A stretch of DNA of 57,028 nt, filler included, from Bipalium vagum (taxonomy: Eukaryota): assembly GCA_037834085.1 (NCBI GenBank). It is 3 parts of 3 records of this genome, joined end to end, with 100 filler letters (N's around TTAATTAATTAA, not from the genome) between each part and the next. Parts side by side here need not be neighbours in the genome. Positions count along the whole stretch, not along the records: positions 38,075 to 57,028 come from JBBMKC010011560.1; 2 more parts are not named here. One strand, written 5' to 3'. Numbering within the stretch: position 1 is the first letter of the stretch; every line of letters begins with the position of its first letter. Below the pieces are notes generated by a model. That model was given only the letters and a program-made list of their open reading frames with translations, did not search any database and had not been told where the DNA came from. Shown in pieces: positions 52,681 through 57,028 of the stretch. The position numbers were made by a program, and so were the translations under genes.

Positions 52681-53923
52681 TCAGGTTGTGTAAAAAGTAA
52701 TGTCCGCTTTTTGGGATCATATTTTAGTTGAATATTAATCTTCACAACCCTTAAGTTAATGAAATATGTTTTTGTATTTAATTGAGATAAATGAAAATTA
52801 TTGGTAAGTTTTGTTTTACCACTCTAAATTAATTATTGATTATTATAGAAAAATTTGAAATGACCATGAATTCTGAGAAAATAAGAATATCTATGTATTA
52901 TGAGTTCAAACCGAACTATTCCGCAGCCCAGGCAACCCTGCGGAAACATCATGCAAACATTTGGTGAGGACAGTATTACAGAACGTATGGTTCAGTTGGT
53001 ATGTACGTTTGCGTTCCGGAAATTTTGGATTTGAAGATAAACCTAGTGAAGAACCTACACCAGCTCTTCACGATGAAGTTTTGAAAGAGCAGATTGAATC
53101 TGATCCCTTCCAAACAGTACGTGAATTTGTCAAAAATTTTAATGTTCAACCTCAGACCATTGCAAACCATCTTTATCATATTAGCAAAGTGTGGCAGCAT
53201 GATCGGTATTTTCCACAAAAATTGAGTGAAAAGAACAAATCTCAGCATCTGAGTATCTGCACTTCTTTCGTACTGGGCAAAAACAATGACCCTTTTTAAC
53301 AGAATTATCACTAGTGATGAGAAGCAGATCACTTATCACAATTCTCGTCGCTCTGAACAATGGGTTGGTACGAGTGAGCCAGCAATGAAACTGGCAAAAA
53401 GAGACATTCATTTCAAAAAGACAATGGTAAATGTCTATTGATTTATTTCTGGTGCAGTCTACTTTGAGTTTCTCAAACGAGGCCAAACCATGGAATCTGG
53501 TGTCTACTGATATATGGTTGATAAAGTTTATGGAAACTTAAAAATTCAGCAACCATCTTTGGTAAGCAAAAAAATTTCAATTCTCCTGCACGTCAAAATT
53601 AATTATACAAAGATTGAAACTCATCCTCATCCTACTTATTCACCAGACATCGCCCCTAGAGATTTTTATTTATTCAGGTCTTTGTCAAACTTTCTTACAA
53701 GCAAGTCTTTTAAAAGCCAATAAAGGTAGAAAATGCCTTTCGCGAATTCATTAATTCCAAAAATCAGTAAATTTACAAACCAGGAATCGAAATGCTAGTG
53801 GAACGTTGGATTAAGGTTATACAATCAGATGGTGATTATTCCAATGAGTAAATTTTATTGGGATTTTGTTATTTTTTTCAAATTTGGGATATAAAACCGA
53901 TATTATTTTTTATACAACCTGGA
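52681..53923 (+). mobile_element. Near full-length decayed mariner
   Basis: TIRs TCAGGTTGTGTAAAAAGTAAT and ATTATTTTTTATACAACCTG; IITSDEK, HPTYSPDIAPRDFYLFRSL. Confidence 0.93.
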
Positions 53924-54291
53924 TAATTTTCAATATAAAACCTTGTGAGTCTAATAAATATTTTTAATAAATATTTATAGCTATTAATTAACCACTCTTT
54001 ATCACCTTATCATATTTAAATGAGTTTATTCTTGTTCATTTTGCCAAATCTTATACCACGTATTTATTTATTCATACATTGAAGACGTAGGTTGAATTTT
54101 GGAATTCTTTTGAGATAAAAATGAATTTTATGAAATTAAAATGCAAAAGTTCAATTATTTTTGTCCCAATTTTTGAATTATTCTAAATTAAAATTTAATT
54201 AAATTTATATTAATTTTTATTAATGAACTTAAAATATCAAATAAAATTATTGGATGAAAATGGTGATTTTTATGAGGTTTATTATGAAATA

Positions 54292-55468
54292 TTAGGTGTA
54301 TTATGTATTATTCCGGCTTTTTTTCACAAAAAAGACATTTTTAAAAAGTTTTATTTAATAACATTAATCAAAATATTTTTTACAAAATTTACGAAATGTT
54401 ATTGGACCATCTTTTAGGGCGAAAAAAATTCTGGTTTCTTTGAAGAAATCCAGCTATCAATATCTTCATCGGAACTGATCCGCTTCCCAGAAAGCGCGGA
54501 TTGCATCGAGCGGAACACTTAGAAAGCCGAAGGACCAATATGTGGCGAATATGGCCGGTGATATCAGACATCACAGCTTGGTCGTCTAAGTAATTTTCTT
54601 ATGGTGTCTGTCCACCCATTCTGACCTCTTCTTTTTCACAGCTCGTATCAAAGCAATTAATTTGAATCGATAACGTTCATCATTCATCGTTTCTGAAAGT
54701 TTCAGCAGTTCATACAAAAATCACATCTTTTTGATCCCACCAAATACACACCATCATTTTAGACCTATGGATATTCTGTTTGGGCGTTGATGTGCTTACT
54801 TCACCAGGCTTCAACCAAGATGCTTTTTGTTCTGGGTTGTCACATCGAATCAATGTCTCGTCTCCTGCCACAGCCATATGCAAGAAAATTTCTCTTTGTT
54901 GTCTGTGAAGACAAATTGTAATCACAAATTGTAATTAACCATTCAATATCACTTTCCGTCAACATATGTGGGACTCAATTCCATAATTTTCCAATCATTC
55001 CTATACTTCTCAGAAATTGGGAAATGCGTCCTTGGCTCACATTTAACACAATGGACAGTTCGCTTTGCATTTGACATGGATCTTCGAGTAGTAATTGTGC
55101 CAATTCTTCATCTTCAAACAATTTTTATGGGAACACATACCTTTTGTCCATAATGTAATAATCTTCATTCCTGAATCGCAAAACCATTACATGTCGTAGC
55201 AGAAGGAGCACATTTGTCGTAAACTTCTATCTTTGCAAAAAGGTAATGCAACATTACTTTCCGCAAATGACGTTTATTTAGAACGATATTGGCTATTTTG
55301 ATTTTCTGTATTATTTAAACAAAATCTATTTAAATAAAGTTACTGAATGTTTTTATTGAATTATTGATACATGATCTTACAAATAATATATGATACCAAT
55401 TTAATTTATTCATTGAATCACAAAGTTTTACTCATTTTTGTAAAAGCCGGAATCATACTAACACCTAA
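54292..55468 (-). mobile_element. Decayed mariner (mauritiana-like) with both TIRs
   Basis: TIRs TTAGGTGT..TATG..ATTCCGGCTTTT; VAGDET, MVCIWWDQKDVI, HRPYSPHIGPS. Confidence 0.92.
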
Positions 55469-56052
55469 TTTATTTTTGTTTTAAATACTTGTAATTATCA
55501 ATAAATTTGAGATCTATAAATGATAACAAAACCATTTCGCATTTAAACAGAGTAATGACTATATGTTTAAATAATCTGATTAAAACGACATTTTAAAATC
55601 AACAAGCTTAAGAAACAGTTAATTGAAAACTATTCTGTAATTTTCAAATGACTTTATTAGAACATCCAACTAGCCTAAAAATTGTATCAATAAAAATGAC
55701 ATTTTCAAAAAAAGAGAAAGTTTTTTGAGATGAATTAATAAATAACAAAATCTGACTATTTCTAAATTCATATAAGGAAAAATGCCTTTCCTCTAAGCAT
55801 TCTCTTCTAACGTTCAACAGAGGAATATTCTTAAATAAACTCCACTTAAGTCCTTTCTCCAACTGGAAAGAAATCATTTATTTTATTTCCTAAATTATGG
55901 TTTGTCAATTATTAATAATTATATTAACCGAAATCCTTAATGATTGAGTACTAAAGCCTAATACTCTAAATAAATTAATAACACATAAGCCTAAAACTTA
56001 TTCGATCGAATCACACACGTATTAAAATCACAATGTATTAATAGTATTAGTA

Positions 56053-56346
56053 GGATTTTTATCTCTTTCGATCGCTTTCCAATGCTTTGCGTGGCGTATC
56101 ATTCAATAATGGCGTGGAATTGAGCGTTTGGTTGTGCGAACTCTTTGAGTCCAGACCGAAGGAATTTATCTTCGAGGCATTGACAAACTCTTTGAACAAT
56201 GGGAGAACGTTATCAGCAGCAACGGAGACTTCATTTTTGGCTAATTGATTGTAATTTCGCTAATAATAAATTATCTACTATTCCTTTATTTTGTATTCAA
56301 ATAAAGTTATTTCAAAACCGCTCATGAAATATTCCTCAACCTGAAA
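56053..56346 (+). mobile_element. Mariner 3' fragment
   Basis: DFYLFRSLSNALRGVSFNN...GIDKLFEQWENVISSNGDF; TIR-like CCGCTCATGAAATATTCCTCAACCTGA. Confidence 0.85.
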
Positions 56347-57028
56347 TTCATAATAAATTTATAAATAAAATTTTAATTGAAAAAAAATCGTACAATTTTT
56401 TTTAAAAATTAACATTGAATTTATAAAAATAACAAAAAAAAATCTTTCAAGAGGTTTCTTTTTAATTTTCTCAATATTTATTTTCAATGAACAAATTTTT
56501 CAATGTTAACAAATGGATTTAAATTGACATTGATTTTTGCCTGAAATATTTTTCATTATAGTTCTGTCTCGTCTTTAGAGAGTTTAATTTTTTATGAAAT
56601 CCTTGAAACCGGGATAAGGGAACAAATAAAGAATTAATTTTTTGAGAGTAATTGAAAAGACTTTTACCATAACTACAAATAATCCCCGTATTTAAACAAA
56701 TGCAATGGATCTCAACGATTAAATTTCATTTTCTCGTTTTTTCAAAAGGTTTTCTTTAATACACTTTTTTTGAAAATTTTCAATATTAATATATCACAAG
56801 ACGATAGAAAAGATAGATAACTTATATTGATATTAAAAATAATTATTTATTTATTAAACCCATTTATTTAATTTTAATTTAATATCCGATTTGATTAAAA
56901 CAAAAAAGTTAACAACACTTCAACTTATTATTAAAAAAAAACTTAAAACAGTACAGAAAAAAACAATTTAAATTCCAAAGAATAAAGAATCACGCAATAT
57001 TGATTTTAACTAAATTGAATTTAATTAT

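Noticed and set aside
54460-54590. GC-rich patch resembling a foreign insertion or structural RNA
   Set aside because: Translates on the minus strand as the mariner PYSP..PS..FRSMQ region.
56060-56245. GC-richer stretch resembling a host exon or rRNA
   Set aside because: It is the 3' end of a mariner transposase.

Overview
Very AT-rich eukaryotic genomic scaffold with three N-gaps, two of which carry an artificial TTAATTAATTAA linker. It is most likely from a flatworm (planarian-like), inferred from a flatworm-type AVRLMRLamide neuropeptide precursor and 40-59 nt introns. A large part of the window is decayed DNA transposons: about 20 mariner remnants from several families, Tc1, DD37E/TRT, DD37D/maT, pogo/Tigger elements and MITEs, one hAT, plus a Ty3/Gypsy integrase fragment. 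Reading splice signals by hand gives four host-type genes that the ORF track mostly misses. (1) A two-exon myomodulin-like (MPL/NPP-6-type) prohormone at 1987-2264 (+). (2) An intronless permuted-papain (PPPDE/LRAT-like) peptidase at 7201-7692 (+), lying in a 1.7-kb TA-flanked block that splits an old mariner in two. (3) A predicted four-exon, 97-aa divergent Roadblock/LC7-like gene on the minus strand (14353 to 1326), whose introns contain genes 1 and 2 in antisense. (4) A head-to-head orphan secreted-protein gene (15468-20096, +). Several near-perfect palindromes and templated duplications suggest template-switch repair scars. All spliced models and family calls are manual, with no database search, and boundaries of decayed elements are approximate.
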